DNA of 64,000 nucleotides from assembly GCA_030770535.1 (NCBI GenBank), contig JASVEC010000028.1:124001-188000 (forward strand), in the 5' to 3' direction. The position numbers and the translations under genes are program-made. The notes beneath the pieces were generated by a model that was not told the DNA's origin, searched no databases, and saw only the letters and a program-made list of their open reading frames with translations. How positions within the stretch are numbered: position 1 is the stretch's first letter; every line of letters starts with the position of its first letter. Source of the stretch: Batkoa obscura. Taxonomy: Eukaryota. Positions 62,622-64,000 of the stretch are shown piece after piece.

Positions 62622-64000
62622 ATGACGTTGAATTATTATTTGCATTCCAAGAATCAAGTAAATATATTATAATAATTCAATCAACAACATGTTAATTAGA
62701 TCTTAGTTAATTATCTATTGCTCATCAATTTATAAAGAGGTCAATGAGGTTTATAAAGAAGAAATTGAGTTTGAGTAAGTAGTTGAGTTTTTAATTTTGA
62801 AATATAGAATTTTAATGATTATTAAGTTTTAATAAAAAAGAAGATGAAGTCTATTTAACAAGAGCACAATTAAATCTACTTAATAAAAAATATATGCAAC
62901 AAATTGATGCTTATTTGGAGGTTATTAAGGTAATTTAGGATATTAATAATAATAATAAATATTTTATGTACTAAATAAATTAGAATATAGAAATGGAAGA
63001 AGTTCAATTTGAATACAATAGGTTTCTATGGATAAGGAAGATATGGAGTTTAGTTACTTTAATACTTGGACATAATGGAAAAAAAGAGTTATTTTCTGAA
63101 AAATATATTAATTGGTTTAACGATAATTTTATATGTAAAATGAATAAGATTTATAATGGATAATAATTCAAAAAAATTGATGTTTTTTATTGTATTAGTA
63201 ACTACTCCAACACAGATCAATTTTGTTATGAACCAAAGAGTACCACATGAACATGAGTTGTTTTTACCTATGGTCATGAAGTAAATTTTTGGGATGAAAC
63301 TTAAAACTAAATTGTAATTAACATATTAATAAACAATTTTAGATGTGTATTGAGAGGACAGAAAAAAACAGCGTTAAAATTGATTGATTATTTACCACAA
63401 ACACCAATAGTAAAATTAATTAAAGTAAGGAAAATTCTATAATTATTAAATAAGAAATAATATATATTTTTTAAACTTAGTTAATTTATCAAAGTGAGCC
63501 GATTTTTAATTCACAACATGAAACAATAGAAGAATATGAACTTAAACTAACTGAATGGAAAAAACAAAAGGAAGTATTAGCAAGAAATAGTATTATTAAA
63601 GAAGAAGCTGATATTATTAAAGAAAAAAAAGAAAGTATCAATTTATATGAAGAACGTATAGTAATATTAGATTTATTAAAGATAGTAACAGGATATAGTT
63701 ATAATATGGAGGATTTAATTAATATTATTATTAAATATACTGAAAGTTGGATGGAGTTATTTGTTAGTTTATTAAATCTTGCGTTTCCAATAGTTATGTT
63801 TGAACAGGTTGAGTAAGTTTTTTTGGGTTATTGAGTTAAAACGGAGTAATTAAAATTTTTATTTTATAGTGAAATAATTGCTATATGTAAAAAATATTAT
63901 ATTATTGGTAAACAAGATATTGAATTAAGTTTTTATTTTTTATTTTGTAAAGAATGGAAAAATGTAAGGATTTGTATTCAGATGATTTGATGTTTAAGTT
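62622..64000 (+). CDS. Nucleoporin Nup85-like, 3'-truncated; start uncertain
   Basis: Spliced exons give WIRKIWSLV, CVLRGQKKTALKLI, LTEWKKQ, LDLLKIVTG and YTESWMELFVSLLNLAFP, in Nup85 motif order. Confidence 0.65.

Overview
A very AT-rich eukaryotic window with short GT-AG introns. Gene content points to an early-diverging fungus; Entomophthorales/Zoopagomycota is my inference only. Housekeeping genes: FOX2, MEX67, a PHO80/PCL-type cyclin, 3-hydroxyisobutyrate dehydrogenase, RNPS1-like, a diverged AP-4 epsilon-like adaptin, a PCP1/PARL rhomboid, ZW10/DSL1, DASH HSK3, an HMT1/ABCB6 transporter, VPS68 and a partial NUP85. Intronless secreted or transport genes: two tandem YcnI/DUF1775-like His1 surface proteins, two inverted acid sphingomyelinase paralogs, an OPT/YSL transporter and a class 3 lipase. 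The non-coding space holds a multi-tier Sola2-like DDD transposon family with GGGGRTGT ends and ATAT target duplications: two decayed full-size copies, a 553 bp internal deletion derivative, about seven ~100 bp minimal elements and a 269 bp foldback element. Each large copy carries a related solo LTR. The most unusual signals, present in both large copies, are a 142 nt three-way-junction structure 3' of the transposase (strand-biased G-U pairs, one compensatory change) and an A7 run followed by an open -1 frame extension. All family assignments come from motif recognition by eye; no database search was run.
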